Source: Mobula hypostoma (lineage: Eukaryota). From it: a stretch of DNA of 64,000 nt. The notes below the pieces were generated by a model, which was given only the letters and a program-made list of their open reading frames with translations, was not told the DNA's origin and did no database searches. The stretch spans positions 168,332,001-168,396,000 of the forward strand of contig NC_086097.1 of the NCBI RefSeq assembly GCF_963921235.1, written 5' to 3'. Position numbers and translations under genes: made by a program. Shown here piece by piece: positions 29,157 through 42,996 of the stretch; position 1 is the stretch's first letter; each line of letters opens with the position of its first letter.

Positions 29157-29577
29157 CTTACTTACTGCCCATTACGCCACTGGCATTGAGGGCAACAATG
29201 AAGGTACTCCATCCCTAGCAGTATTCAGGATTTCCTTCATCACGTCAGTAGCTTCCTCTTGGCTTTCACTGCTGTCAGTCATACAAGTCCCAGGTAGAGA
29301 CTTAGGAATACCATTGCACTCAGATGTAGAAGGATTCTTCATTGTTATTTCAATAACAATTTTGTTTTCCCAGTCAGGATTGTTACCTCTGAGGTGAACC
29401 CCCAAACCTGGAGGGCTGGTGGACTACTCTTAGTCTGTCCTCTACCCTTTGACCTGTTTGACATGGGTGACCCTACCTAGAGCCAAAGCATAAAGCCCCA
29501 ACTCCAGCCAACATAGCTCTCCAGGTCATTGAGGTATGCAAGCCTCCAAACCCTAGAACAAGGTTATAGTCCCCTTG
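29157..29577 (-). mobile_element. Short retroposon (RTE-related SINE-like) inserted in the ERV leader
   Basis: TSD GGATCA(A/G)CCTATGT on both sides; (ACTT)n tail at the left end. Confidence 0.55.
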
Positions 29578-30422
29578 GAGGATCAGCCTATGTGGTTACA
29601 ATCTATTTGGTTGTTTGAAGATTATCTACTTGCTATTTGGTTACAATCTATTAATATTTCTAGATCTCAAATTGATAAAAGCATCTACAAATTAAAATTG
29701 AATCAAAACGATTACCAATGTTGTGAAAGTTAATAAGAACTCTTACCCAAATAAAACATTTCAGTTGGATAAAACTATTGAAAAAGTCCAGACAAAAATA
29801 CCAACATAACTAAGTTTATTGAGAATAAGAAGGGATGTATTAAATTCAAGAAAATGGCTGCTACTGATTTAGAGATAAGAGCACATGGTCAGTTTGATGG
29901 AATGTGTGAGCAATTGAGAAAGTTTAACAGGGAGTCTTCTACTAATTGAAACAAACACAAAACCTACGATAAACTACAAAACAGTATGACAGAGACAATA
30001 AAAAGTCTAAAGAGCAAATCTTTGCATTAACCAAAACAGAAGAACAATACAGTATTTCAATTTACACAAGTGCAATGTATGGAGTTTCAAAGCAAACTAA
30101 AACAAAATGGAAAAGCCATGAATTCAAGTGGGTGATCCTGCTAATGATGCTTTGAGTGACATTGCTAGTGATGCTACAGCTGATGCTGGAAAACACCCAC
30201 CTCTGAAGTTTCACCTGAAGAATTACGGCTCACATCAAACAGTCTCCCTATACATTGCCAGCATCCAAACGCTGGAGAATTACAGCCTGTATCAGACAGT
30301 CCTCCAAGACAGCGACACCATCTGAATGCCGAAGAATTATAGGATGGACATGACATGGACTCTACCACAGTCTCAAGAATCTCAAATGAAAATGAGTGAT
30401 GAAACAATAAGATTGACAGCTA

Positions 30423-32631
30423 CAGTGCCTGTAAAAAGCATTCAACCCCCGCGAAGTTTTCACATTTTATTGTTTTACAACATTGAATCACAGTGGATTT
30501 AATTTGTTTTTTTACACTAATGAACAGAAAAGACTCTTTCATGTCAAAGTGAAAACAGATCTCTACTAAGGTAGATTAAAGTCTGACACGAGCCTTGTGG
30601 CCCCGGCCAAAGCTCAAACCCACAACCTTCAGATCACTAGTCCAAAGCCACTAGTCCACTTGGCCACACACCACACATTCTACTAAGTGATCTAAATTAA
30701 TTACAAATATAAAACACAAAATAATTGATTACTTAAGTATTCACACTCTTTAACATGACACACCAAATCATCACTGGTGCAGTCAATTGGTTTTAGAAGT
30801 CACATAATTAGTGAAATGGAGACCTGTGTGCAGTCAAGGTGTTTCAATTGATGGTAGTGAAACTACACCTGTATCTGGAAGGTCCAACTGCTGATAAGTC
30901 AGTACCCTGGCAAAAACTACACCATGAAGACAAAATGACATGTTGAAGGGTTGAAGGGGTTGGGGGGTGGTTTTCGGACCCTTGTGAGGAGGGGTTGCTC
31001 AGACTTCTGTCTGGGTGGTCTGCCTGTGTTGCTTTCAGACTGACAATTTTGCAGGAGTTATGTTTTGTGAATTGGGTTCCGCTTTTCTGTCTTTGTAAGC
31101 TAGTCCTAAAAATAACCTCAGGTTAGACAAAGGTTCAATATGACCTTGTAATTCTTGTTTCACCTTGCACAGTGTGGTAAGACTGTCTAAAAAAAATGAG
31201 GAACTAGAAGAGAGAAGAGAGAAGAGAGAAGAGAGAAGAGAGAAGAGAGAAGAGAGAAGAGAGAAGAGAGAAGAGAGAAGAGAGAAGAGAGAAGAGAGAA
31301 GAGACAGACACCCCCACCACTGGTACGGATCCCGTGTGTGTCCGAGAAGTGCACTCTCTTTCCAGTAGCAAGCTATTAATAAAGAAGTTGCTTTATCTCC
31401 TGTAGTACTTGTGTTCTTGCATCGGGTACAGGTGATAATTAGAAGTAAGGTTTCAACAAAAAGAACACTCCAAGCAGCTCCGCGTAAAGGTTACTGAAAA
31501 GCACAAGTCAGGAGATAGATAGAAGAACATTCTAAGTGACTGAATATCCCTTGGAGTACAGTTAAATCAATCATCAAGGAATGGAAAGAATATGGCACAG
31601 CTGTAAATCTGCCTAGCACTAGCAGTCCTCAAAAACCGAGTGACTGCAAGGAGGGGACCACTGAGGGAGGCCACCAATAGACCTACAATAACTCTGGAGG
31701 AGTTACAAGCTTCAGTGGCTGAGAAGGGAGAGACTGCACATACAACAAACTGTTGCCTGGGTGCTTCACCAGTCACAGATTTATGGGCAAGTTGAAAGAG
31801 AAAGCCACTATTGAAAAATCTCACATGAAATCCTGGCTAGAGTTTGCCAGAAGGCATGTGGGAGACTCCAAAGTCAGCTGGAAGAAGGTTCTATGGTCTG
31901 ATGAAATTAAAATTGAGCTTTTTGGCCATCAGATTAAAATGCTATGTTTGGCTTATATACATCATCAAAAATACAACGTGAAGCATGCTGATGCTTCACT
32001 GCAGCCGGTCCTGGAAGGCCAGTGAAGGTAGAGGGTAAAATGAATGTAGCAAAATACAGGGAAATCCTGGAGGAAAACCTGATGCAGTCTGCAAGGGAAC
32101 TGTGACTTCAGAGAAGATTTGTTTTCCAGCAAGGCAATGACCCCAAGTATAAAGCAAATGCTACACAGGAAAGGCTAAAAAAAACAAAGTTAATGTCCTG
32201 GAGTGGCCAAGTCAGACTCCAGACCTCAATCCAATTTCGAATTTGCAGCTGGACTTGAAAAGGGCTGTTCACTCATGATCCCCATGCAATCTGACAGAGC
32301 TTGAGCACTTTTGTAAAGAAGAATGGGGAAAAATTGCAGTATCCAGGTGTATAAAGCTGATGGAGACTCATCTACATCTCAAGGCTGTAATTGCTGCCAA
32401 AGGTGTGTGTACTAAATTCTGACTTGAAGGGGGTGAATACTATGCAATCAATTATTTTGTGTTTTATATTTGTAATTAATTTAGATCACTTTATAGAGAT
32501 CCATTTTCACTTTGACACAAAAAGAGTCTTTTTCTGTTGACGTGACAAAAAAGCCAAATTAAATTCACAGTGATTCAATGTTGTAAAACATGAAAAATTC
32601 CAAGGGAAGTGAATACTTTTTATAGGCACTG
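30423..32631 (+). mobile_element. Tc1 DNA transposon with degenerate transposase
   Basis: TA flanks; TIR CAGTGCCT.TAAAAAG.ATTCA; WKKVLWSDEIKIELFG and WPSQ.PDLNPI motifs; tRNA-SINE fragment at ~30571-30678 with TSD TCTACTAAG. Confidence 0.9.
30936..31458 (+). mobile_element. Probable solo LTR inserted in the Tc1, containing a purine microsatellite
   Basis: TGTTGAA...TTCAACA termini; AAAA duplicated at the Tc1 break (ATGAAGACAAAA / AAAAGAACAC); AATAAA at ~31378; (AGAGAAGAGAGA)n at ~31207-31304. Confidence 0.6.
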
Positions 32632-32729
32632 TATTTCACAGCTTGCTCCAATAAAGACAAGGGAGTGAAGACACACAGGACTGAGAATGAAATCATTGTT
32701 GATCAATGTAATGACAAGCTAGTGTTAGA

Positions 32730-35291
32730 TCCATTGATTATTGCTCAATCATTCCACAATCTGCTGAGGAACAGTAAGTGCTCAGACAACCCTATGACTC
32801 TTAATGAAGAACAACTGAAAGTGTCTCAAATTTTAAAGGTGACATTGTGTATCACCTGCATTAAGAATCTTGATACAGACAAGTAATTTGTCCTGCATGT
32901 TAATGAGAAACACGATAGTGGTTTTAATTTGAGAACATGGAGACTAACTGCGTCCTGTTGGTTATTACTCTGCCAATGATGACGGTTCTTCAATGATTAA
33001 GAAAGGAATTCAAATGGTACTGAAATGTTGATATTAGGAAGCATGGCTTCTGGTACCTCTGTGCAACAGGCAGAACTGAAAGCAACACACATCAAAGTTG
33101 CTGGTGAACGCAGCAGGCCAGGTAGCATCTCTAGGAAGAGGTGCAGTCGATGTTTCAGGCCGAGACCCTTCGTCAGGACTAACTGAAGGAAGAGTGAGTA
33201 AGAGATTTGAAAGTTGGAGGGGGAGGGGGAGATCCAAAATGATAGGAGAAGACAGGAGGGGGAGGGATGGAGCCAAGAGCTGGACAGGTGATTGGCAAAA
33301 AGGATACGAGAGGATCATGGGTCAGGAGGTCCGGGAAGAAAGACAAGAGGGGGGAACCCAGAGGATGGGCAAGGGGGATATTCAGAGGGACAGAGGGAGA
33401 AAAAGGAGAGTGAGAGAAAGAATGTGTGTATAAAAGTAAGTAACAGATGGGGTACGAGGGGGAGGTGGGGCATTAGCGGAAGTTAGAGAAGTCGATGTTC
33501 ACGCCATCAGGTTGGAGGCTGCCCAGACGGAATATAAGGTGTTGTTCCTCCAACCAGAGTGTGGCTTCATCTTTAGAGTAGAGGAGGCCATGGATAGACA
33601 TGTCAGAATGGGAATGGGATGTGGAATTAAAATGTGTGGCACTGGGAGATCCTGCTTTCTCTGGCGGACAGAGCGTAGGTGTTCAGCAAAGCGGTCTCCC
33701 AGTCTGCGTCGGGTCTCACCAATATATAAAAGGCCACATCAGGAGCACCGGACGCAGTATATCACCCCAGCCGACTCACAGGTAAAGTGTCGCCTCACCT
33801 GGAAGGACTGTTTGGGGCCCTGAATGGTGGTAAGGGAGGAAGTGTAAGGGCATGTGTAGCACTTGTTCCACTTATACAGATAAGTTCCAGGAGGCAGAAC
33901 TGAAAGCTTTGATTGAAGCCTGAAGTCGGCAAAGGGAAGATCAGCTAATATCTACACTGATTCTTGGCATGCTTCTAGTGTTGTTTATGATTTTGGAAAC
34001 TTATGGAGACAAGGAAGATTTCCTATGACTATAGGAACCCCAACCAAGAATGACCAACTGGTACAAGATCCTAAGGGTGTCATACAACTGCCATCAGAAA
34101 TTGCCGTATTAAAATGTAAACGTTACTCCAAAATGACCACAATGGAAAGCCGTGGAAATGCATTCACAGATGAAATTGCAGAAGAGACAGCACGGGAAGA
34201 AATAAAAGAAGTGAAATATGTACCGAGAACATATACAGTAAACCCAACAACTGGAATTATAGAAACAAAGTTAAACTCTGTATCACAGATGATTATACAA
34301 GATATTGGAGAGCTGCAAGCTCAATGCTCTAACCAGGAAAAATAGTTCTGGATGGAGAATGGTGGGAAGTTAAACAGTGACAGAGTATTATATTTTGCAC
34401 TCCAATGTGTTGTCCTGTGGAGTGTATTTGCTATGTGAGATAAGAAGCAACATAGTTGGGGCTACTAGCCTATGGTACTAGTTATAGGCTAGTAACTCCA
34501 ACTACATTGCTTCCTTATCTGGCACAGCAAACACACTCCATAAGACACATTGGAGTACAAAAGATGATCGGCAAATTCTCCCAGTGGTGATGGAATCCAT
34601 TATTCGGGGCACAAGCTTGACAAACATTTGAAAGATGCATGACATGCCAGAAAATGTATTCTGGAACAGCAAAGCTACCATAATTGAGTGCTTCTGCTCC
34701 AAATGATCCATTTTTACATTTACAAGTGGCCTATATTTCTTTGACAAAGTGTCTAGAATTCTCAGATGTACTGGTAATAGTGGACAAGGTTTCAAGATGG
34801 GAGGAAGCCATTCCAGCAAGGTAATCACACAGGAAAAACTCTGATCAAGGACTATATTCCTAGATGGGGATTGCCATGTTACATCAACTCTGACCAAAGA
34901 ACATATTTCATAGTCATAGTCATACTTTATTGATCCCGAGGGAAATTGGGTTTTGTTACAGTTGTACCAACCAAGAATAGAGTATAGATATAGCAAAATA
35001 AAACCATAAATAATTAAATAATATGTAAATTATGCCAGGAAATAAGTCCAGGACCAGCCTATTGGCTCAGGGTGTCTGACCCTCCAAGGGAGGAGTCAGC
35101 TTGCCAGGAATTATGTGGACTGATGAGCACTGAATGATCTTTTCATTGTCCACATCACCCAGAATCAAGACAAGTTAAACAAATAAATGGAACCATCAAT
35201 CAATGACTAAGTATCATAAGGAAGGCGTACCATGGCCTACAGCTCTTCCTCTGGCCTTGTGTAGCATCAGAGCATCAAGAAAACTAAACCA
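32730..35291 (+). pseudogene. ERV pol remnant: RT thumb/connection, RNase H, integrase N-terminus and core (interrupted)
   Basis: LRPVGYYS; DGSS; GTSVQQAELKAL; ANIYTDS...VVYDFGNLWRQ; LPSEIAVLKCK...RGNAFTD; LVIVDKVSRWEEAIP; YIPRWGLPCYINSDQRTYF; HCPHHPES; WPTALPLALCSIR. Confidence 0.85.
33084..33891 (-). mobile_element. Penelope-like element 3' portion inserted in the ERV RNase H
   Basis: TSD AGGCAGAACTGAAAGC; GIY-YIG-type text (GVIYCVRCS..LLYIGET) on the minus strand; pLTR with hammerhead-like motif. Confidence 0.85.
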
Positions 35292-38200
35292 GGAGTCAAG
35301 TGGGCGCTGGGCAAGATGGTCGCACATTCGCGGAGCTCTGACAACCCACCATGAAATTTGATTAATTAGAGCATATTTATCCCGCCTTCTCCAGATATGG
35401 CTGTCCCGCAGTTAGAAACTGTTTGTTTTCTTCACTAAAAGTGCTAATAACAACTTTGTGAGATAACTCTGTACAATGTCAAGACCTTCTAAGAACGCTA
35501 CAACGAGCCGTGTGGCTACAAGACAGAGCCCACAATCTGAAGCTCAAGCCACACTAATGACACAAACGGACCAAGGCTCCAACATGGAGAATTTACTGGC
35601 TGAGGTTAGTCCTATGAGTTCCACTCTACTCCTGGTGGCTGCTGATGTATCTATGATTAAGGAAATGACAACGGAGCTGAAGAACTCCGTCAATGCCATT
35701 CAAGAGAGGCTGACGGAAGCCAAGGGTCGGCTCTCCAGTGTGGAGGACACCACTGTGCAACTGGTGGGTGCCAGCAAGCAGCATAGTAAACGCTTGGACC
35801 TTCCGTGGAACCGTGTCGAGGAGCTTGAGAACAGAAGCAGACGCAACAACGTCAGGCTGATCGGTCTAAAGGAGGGTGCGGAAACGGGTGGTCTGAAAAG
35901 TGTGTGCAAGAATCATGTCCAAAGGATTTGGCATCGAACTGAACGCAGAGTTCGAGATTGAGAGAGCACATCAGGCCTCGGCCCCTAGGCCAGACGAGAA
36001 TCACCCTCCCAGGCTGATTCTTGCACTCCTCGGCCAGAGAGAAAGTGCTGCAAGTGGCCAAAGCAAAGAGAGGAGTTGAGTGGGAGGGATGCAAAGTTCC
36101 CTTCTTTCCAGATATGTCCAGAGAATTGGCTGAAAAACGGAGGGCATTTACTAAGGCTCGGAAAATGCTGCAAAAAGTCAACGTGAGGTACACACTCGCT
36201 TATCCAGCAATTCTACGCTTCACGTGGAAAGGAAAAAACAAGTTCTTTACTACTGCTGCAGAAGCACAGAAATTCATTCAGGAAAACTGCAGTGCTGACA
36301 CTGACTGAGAGACAGGATATGATTACAGTATTAGGTGGAGATAACTTTTTAGGTATAACAAGGTGAGTGGGGAGCTGGTTAAAGCGATCTGATTAGGGCT
36401 AGGCTTACTAGCAGGCACAGCACTTTGCGGACCATATCATGTGTCTTTTTCTTTTTTGTTTCTTTGTGGAGCTTATCCTGCCTGTTTGTTTTTATTTGTT
36501 AGTTAATCTGGCAGGAATATGTTTTTGGGTTATGTTGGTTGTTTACTTGTTGTTTGAGAGCGCAGCATTTGCAGTGTTTGTGAGTAGTAATTGAGCATGG
36601 GGATAGAGTACAGGGTTTTTTGGGGAGTTTTCATTTTCTTGCATTCCAGACTCAGCCATCCGGGTCAATGTATATTTTTGGGTGTGGAAATCCAATCAAG
36701 AGGAAAAAGATTTTTATCATAAGTTAAAGGTAAACAAATTGATGTTGCATTTGTCCAGGAAACACATTTTAAAGATGTTGAAGCCAGGTATTCTATTCAT
36801 CATTTAATAGCAAACAAAATGGGACAATGATTTTAGTTAACAAAAAACTTATTTTTGTATTGCTTGGGGAATTTAAAGACAAGGAAGGCAGGATAATTTG
36901 TATAGATGCACTTATTAATGGGGTGATAGTAGTACTTTGTAACATATATGCACCTAATAAGGAAGACCCAGATGTTCTTAACAAGGTGAATGAAATTTTA
37001 GGTACCAAGGAAGGAAAAATAATTTCAGCAGGAGACTTTAACCAAGTAATGGACCCTGTTATAGATACAAGCAAATTTCAGACATCACCAGTACCTAGGG
37101 ACAGGGCTGCCTTACATCAACTTATCGAGGATATCGGTCTGGTGGATATATGGTGATTGGTGAATCCATCCGGAAAAGAATATACATTTTTCTCTCATCG
37201 ACATAAATCCTACTCTAGAATAGATTTTTTTCTAATATCCAACTCCACAATAGACGGTAAAACTGGCCCAATAGTATTATCAGACCATGCAGCAGTTGAA
37301 ATACAAATTGATTTAAATACTGAAAGGGGAAGGAGGGGTAGATGGCAAATGAATACTACGCTGTGAAAAGATGAGGATTTTAGTGATAAGTTGACTGAGG
37401 ATCTGACCGTCTTTTGAGTTGAACGTAGGGACTGCAGTAAAGCTGTCCTCGCTATGGGAGGCATCCAAGATGTATATAAGAGGAAAATTAATAGCACAAG
37501 CATCTAAAAGGAATAAAGTATGAAGCAAATAAAAAATCTGGAAGCAGAAATAACCACACTGGAAAAGGTCTTATTAAGACAGTATACCGATGAGTTATAC
37601 AAAGATCTGTGCAATTTGAAGTTCTAGCTAAATAATATATATAACAAAAAAGCAGAATATGCATTACTTAGATTAAAAACAAGTTTCTACGAAGGTGGTG
37701 ACAAAGCTGGTAAGCTGCAGGCATGATATTTAAAGCAGCAGAATACAAGTGTTATACCTGTAATTAAGAAAGGGGATACATTAGCGTCATCATCTAAAGA
37801 AATAAACGAAGTCTTTCAATAGTTCTATGAACATTTATATGCATCACCGTTTAACCATGACCAGGAGGAGCTGAATCAGTTTTTTGCTAACATAAAATTG
37901 CGTACATTATCTCTACAACAAGCTGAGTCCTTGGATGTCCCAATTACTGAGGATGAGGTCAGACTGGCTACTGCGGCTATGAAAATGGGGAAATCTCCAG
38001 GTATGGATGGCTTCCCAGTTGAATATTATAAGAAATTTCTGGATATATTGGCTCCTATTCTAACAACAATCTATTCAGAAGCATTTAATTTGGAATCTTT
38101 ACCTAATACATTTAATGAAGCATTATTATCATTGATCCCAAAAAAAGGCAGGGATGCAATAGATCCTTCCAATTATAGGCCTATAAGTTTAATTAATGTG

Positions 38201-40714
38201 GACTGTAAGATACTGACTAAAATACTGGCTTTGCGATTCGAGAAAGGATTGCCATCTATAATTAATACTGACCAGGTTGGCTTCATTAAAGGCAGATCCC
38301 CAACTGACAACTTAAGGAGACTACTGCACTTAACATGGCTGAACTCAAGTAGTATCCCAGTTACTGTCATCTCCCTGGATGCTGAAAAGGCCTTTGACAG
38401 GCTTGAGTGGAGATTTTTAACCACAGCCCTGTCATTCGTTGGGTTTGGCTCTATCTTTAAATCATGGATTAGAATTTTGTATAAAAACTCTAAGGCTGTA
38501 GTTATTACAAATGGTATCATTTCCCCATTTTTCAACATTTCAAGGGGTACATGCCAAGGCTGCTCCCTCTCCCCACTGTTATTTACAATTTTTTTGGAAC
38601 CATTGGCAATCATGATTAGAGCAGATCCAAATATTAGAGAGGTGAAGGGAGGCGGAAAGGAACAAAAGCTGATGCTATATGCTGACAATATTTTATTACT
38701 GATTAGTAACCCTCCTAATTCCTTACTCCCACTAATGAAAACAATTCAATTATATTCTGACAACATACATCAAAGTTGCTGGTGAACGCAGCAGGCCAAG
38801 CAGCATCTATAGGAAGAGGCGCAGTCGACGTTTCAGGCCGAGACCCTTCGTCAGGTCTCGGCCTGAAACGTCGACTGCGCCTCTTCCTATAGATGCTGCT
38901 TGGCCTGCTGCGTTCACCAGCAACTTTGATGTATGTTGCTTGAATTTCCAGCATCTGCAGAATTCCTGTTGTTTGCAATTATATTCTGAGGTATCTGTTT
39001 ATAAAATCAACTCCAATAAATCTGAGGCTATGCCAATGTCAAAATTGTGTTATTCAAATTCAGTATCTCAGTTTAATTTCAGATGGGTGCCAGTTGGAAT
39101 GAAGTATCTAGGGGTCAAACTCAGTCAGAATTTGGATGAAATAATCACTTTAAATTATGATCCATTATTGAGTAGGATAAGAAACAATCTGGCTAAGTGG
39201 GGGGCACTGAGACTGTCATTCTGGGGTAAAGTCAATGTAGTTAAAATGGTCATAGCACCTCAGTTTAACTATCTTTCTATGATGCTTCCTTTAAATACAT
39301 CAGATTTGATCTACAAGCAATACAACAAAATTATCAGTGATTTTCTATGGGATAAGAAGCCCAGAATTAAAATGAGTAAGATGTGTATGTCCAGGGACAT
39401 GGGTGGGCTCAGTATACCAGACGTCAGGGCATATACGTTATCCTTTAAAATGACCAAATTAGTTAAACATTGGGACAGGGCTGATGTTGATTTAGATTGG
39501 GTAATTATAGAACAGAGCCTGGCTGCACCACATTCACCCCTTAACATCCTCTCACAACATGTGGAAAACAAGACTAGTATAAATCCTATACTATTTCACT
39601 CAAGGAGTGTGTGGAGTACAATTCCATAAAGCACGTAGAATGTCACATTTAAACCAGTTATACTCCTCACTCTGGAATAACCCTGAGATATGCATTGGGA
39701 AAAGAATGGTGTACTGGAAAGAATGGAAGATTAAAGGTGTAAATACAGTAGGTGATCTCTATGAGAATGGGATTTTTATGTCGTATGTGGATTTGCAGAG
39801 GAAATATAACTTGGTAGATAAAGGGAATTTTTGGAAGTATTTACAAATAAGACATTGCATTAGTAGCGTATTTAAGAACGGTGACCCACCAAAGTAACTC
39901 TTTAACTGAATACTTTACATTACCACAGGAAGTTCATAAAGCATCAGTGTTTTATAAAATGTTCAAGCACTCTGTGGGTGAATCGTGTAACAATCTCAAA
40001 GCAGCATGACAGAAGGATCTTGGAAGAGATATTGAAGATAATGAGTGGTCAAATATTTTATCAAATGTGGGTAGATATATTAGGGAAACGAGAGGGAAAT
40101 TTATTCAGTATAAGATAGTACACAGATATTATTGGACACCAACTAGACTGTATAAAACGGGGATTATTGATAATAACTTATGCTGGAAATGTAAAAATGA
40201 GGTGGGCACATATTTTCACGATTTGGGAGTGTTCCATGGTTCTTCCATTTTGGTGTAAAGTTCCTGATCTGTTGGGGAATTGGTCGGGTTCTACACTGCC
40301 CTTGTGCCCACGGCTTTGTCTCCTGGGCGATAGGACAATGATACCTTATGTAAACAATGACAAATTTACTATTTTAAAGGTGGGTCTCATCACAGTTGCA
40401 AAAATTATATTGCAAAACTGGAAAAAACCCAGATGTCCCACTGTAAAGGAATGGACTGAGGAAATGATTAAGATTTCATTATATGAACACGTGCTGGGAA
40501 GAATTAACAGTGAGGGAAAAGTGCAAGACGCGTGGGATCAATTTAGGTTGCATGTTAATTTAAACTTAAATTAGAACTTCTTTCTGTCTCTAAGTTTTAT
40601 TTGTTTTCCTGTCATGAGATGGCTGTGTAAATATGCTGTACTGTATCTGCTCTGTGATATGCTGTGCTGCTTTGTAAAATAAGAATAAATAATAATAAAA
40701 ATTTGTATTTTAAA
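35292..40714 (+). mobile_element. Near full-length L1 LINE with disrupted ORF1 (35476-36308) and ORF2 (~36670-40574)
   Basis: TSD AAAACTAAACCA; ORF1 LENRSRRNNVRLIGLKEG; EN NIYAPN, GDFN, SRIDFF, SDH; RT KSPGMDG, YRPISL, QGCSLSPLLF, YADN; C-terminal CWKC; A-rich tail. Confidence 0.93.
38761..38975. repeat. Fold-back Penelope-terminus insertion inside the L1 RT
   Basis: 85-bp inverted arms 38761-38845 and 38854-38938 with an 8-nt loop; TSD CAATTATATTCTGA. Confidence 0.9.
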
Positions 40715-40781
40715 AAAACTAAACCAAGTCCATTTGATTTAGTAACAGGACATCCTACACCACTGCCGGGAGCCCTTGATC

Positions 40782-42996
40782 GCTCCCTGGCCTTTAGCAT
40801 TATCATGGAAAAGGATAGAATCAGAGAGGACAGGAAAATTTTTAATTAGGGAAGGGCAAATTATGAGGCTATAAGGCTTGAACTTGCGGGTGTGAATTGG
40901 GATGATATTTTTGCAGGGAAATGTACTATGGACATGTGGTCGATGTTTAGAGATCTCTTGCGGGATGTTAGGGATAAATTTGTCCCGGTGAGGAAGATAA
41001 AGAATGGTAGGGCGAAGGAACCATGGGTGACAAGTGAGGTGGAAAATCTAGTCAGGTGGAAGAAGGCAGCATACATGAGGTTTAGGAAGCAAGGATCAGA
41101 TGGGTCTATTGAGGAATATAGGGAAGCAAGAAAGGAGCTTAAGAAGGGGCTGAGAAGAGCAAGAAGGGGGCATGAGAAGGCCTTGGCTAGTAAGGTAAAG
41201 GAAAACCCCAAGGCATTCTTCAATTATGTGAAGAAAAAAAGGATGACAGGAGTGAAGGTAGGACCGATTAGAGATAAAGGTGGGAAGATGTGCCTGGAGG
41301 CTGTGGAAGTGAGCGAGGTCCTCAATGAATACTTCTCTTCAGTATTCACCAATGAGAGGGAACTTGATGATGGTGAGGACAATATGAGTGAGGTTGATGT
41401 TCTGGAGCATGTTGATATTAAGGGAGAGGAGGTGTTGGAGTTGTTAAAATACATTTGGACAGACAAGTCCCTGGGGCCTGACAGAATATTCCCCAGGCTG
41501 CTCCACAAGGCGAGAGAAGAGATTGCTGAGCCTCTGGCTAGGATCTTTATGTCCTCGTTGTCCACGGGAATGGTACCGGAGGATTGGAGGGAGGCGAATG
41601 TTGTCCCCTTGTTCAGAAAAGGTAGTAGGGATAGTCCGGGTAATTATAAACCAGTGAGCCTTATATCTGTGGTGGGAAAGCTGTTGGAAAAGATTCTTAG
41701 AGATAGGATCTATAGGCATTTAGAGAATTATGGTCTGATCAGGGACAGTCAGCCCTTTGTGAAGGGCAGATCGTGTCTAACAAGCCTGATTGAGGAGGTG
41801 ACCAGGCATATAGGTGAGGGTAGTGCAGTGGATGTGATCTATATGGATTTTAGTAAGGTATTTGACAAGGTTCCACACAGTAGGCTTATTCAGAAAGTCA
41901 GAAGGCGTGGGATCCAGGGAAGTTTGGCCAGGTTCAGAATTGGCTTGCCTGCAGAGGGCAGAGGGTGGTGGTGGAAGGAGTACATTCAGATTGGAGGATT
42001 GTGACTAGTGGTGTCCCACAAGGATCTGTTCTGGGACCACTACTTTTCGTGATTTTTATTAATGACCTGGATGTGGGGGTAGAAGGGTGGGTTGGCAAGT
42101 TTGCAGACAACACAAACGTTGGTGGTGTTGTAGATAGTGTAGAGGATTGTCAAAGATTCCAGAGAGACATTGATAGGATGCAGGAGTGAGTTGAGAAGTG
42201 GCAGATGGAGTTCAACCCAGAGAAGTGTGAGGTGGTACACTTTGGAAGGACAAACTCCAAGGCAGAGTACAAAGTAAATGGCAGGATACTTGGTAGTGTG
42301 GAGGAGCAGAGGGATCTCGGGGTACATGTCCACAGATCCCTGAAAGTTGCCTCACAGGTGGATAGGGTAGTTAAGAAAGCTTATGAGGTGTTAACTCTCA
42401 TAAGTTGAGGGACAGAGTTTAAGAGTCGCGATGTAATGATGCAGCTCTATAAAACTCTGGTTAGGCCACATTTGGAGTACTGTGTCCAGTTCTGATCACC
42501 TCACTATAGGAAGGATATGGAAGCATTGGAAAGGGTACAGAGGAGATTTACCAGGATGCTGCCTGGTTTAGAAAGTATGTATTATGATCAGAGATTAAGG
42601 AAGCTAGGGCTTTACTCTTTGGAGAGAAGAAGGATGAGAGGAGACATGATAGAGGTGTACAAGATAATAAGAGGAATAGATAGAGTGGATAGCCAGCGCC
42701 TCTTCCCCAGGGCACCACTGCTCAGTACTAGAGAACATGGCTTTAAAGTAAGGGGTGGGAAGTTCAAGGGGGATATTAGAGGAAGGTTTTTTACTCAGAG
42801 AGTGGTTGGTGCGTGGAATGCACTGCCTGGGTCAGTGGTGGAGGCAGATACACTAGTGAAGTTTAAGAGACTACTAGACAGATATATGGAGGAATTTAAG
42901 GCGGGGGCTTATATGGGAGGCAGGGTTTGAGGGTCGGCACAACATTGTGGGCCAAAGGGCCTGTACTGTGCTGTACTATTCTACGTTCTATGTTCT
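40782..42996 (+). mobile_element. CR1 LINE, 5'-truncated, inserted in the ERV integrase
   Basis: RT motifs DFSKVFDKVPH, GVPQGSVLGPLLF, FADNT; TTCTATG-type tail; a closely similar 3' end at 47830-48145. Confidence 0.92.

Noticed and set aside
29600..30420. Possible ERV gag remnant
   Set aside because: The position is right, but no MHR or zinc-knuckle motif is recognisable
31165..31368. Glu/Arg-rich ORF
   Set aside because: Translation of the purine microsatellite
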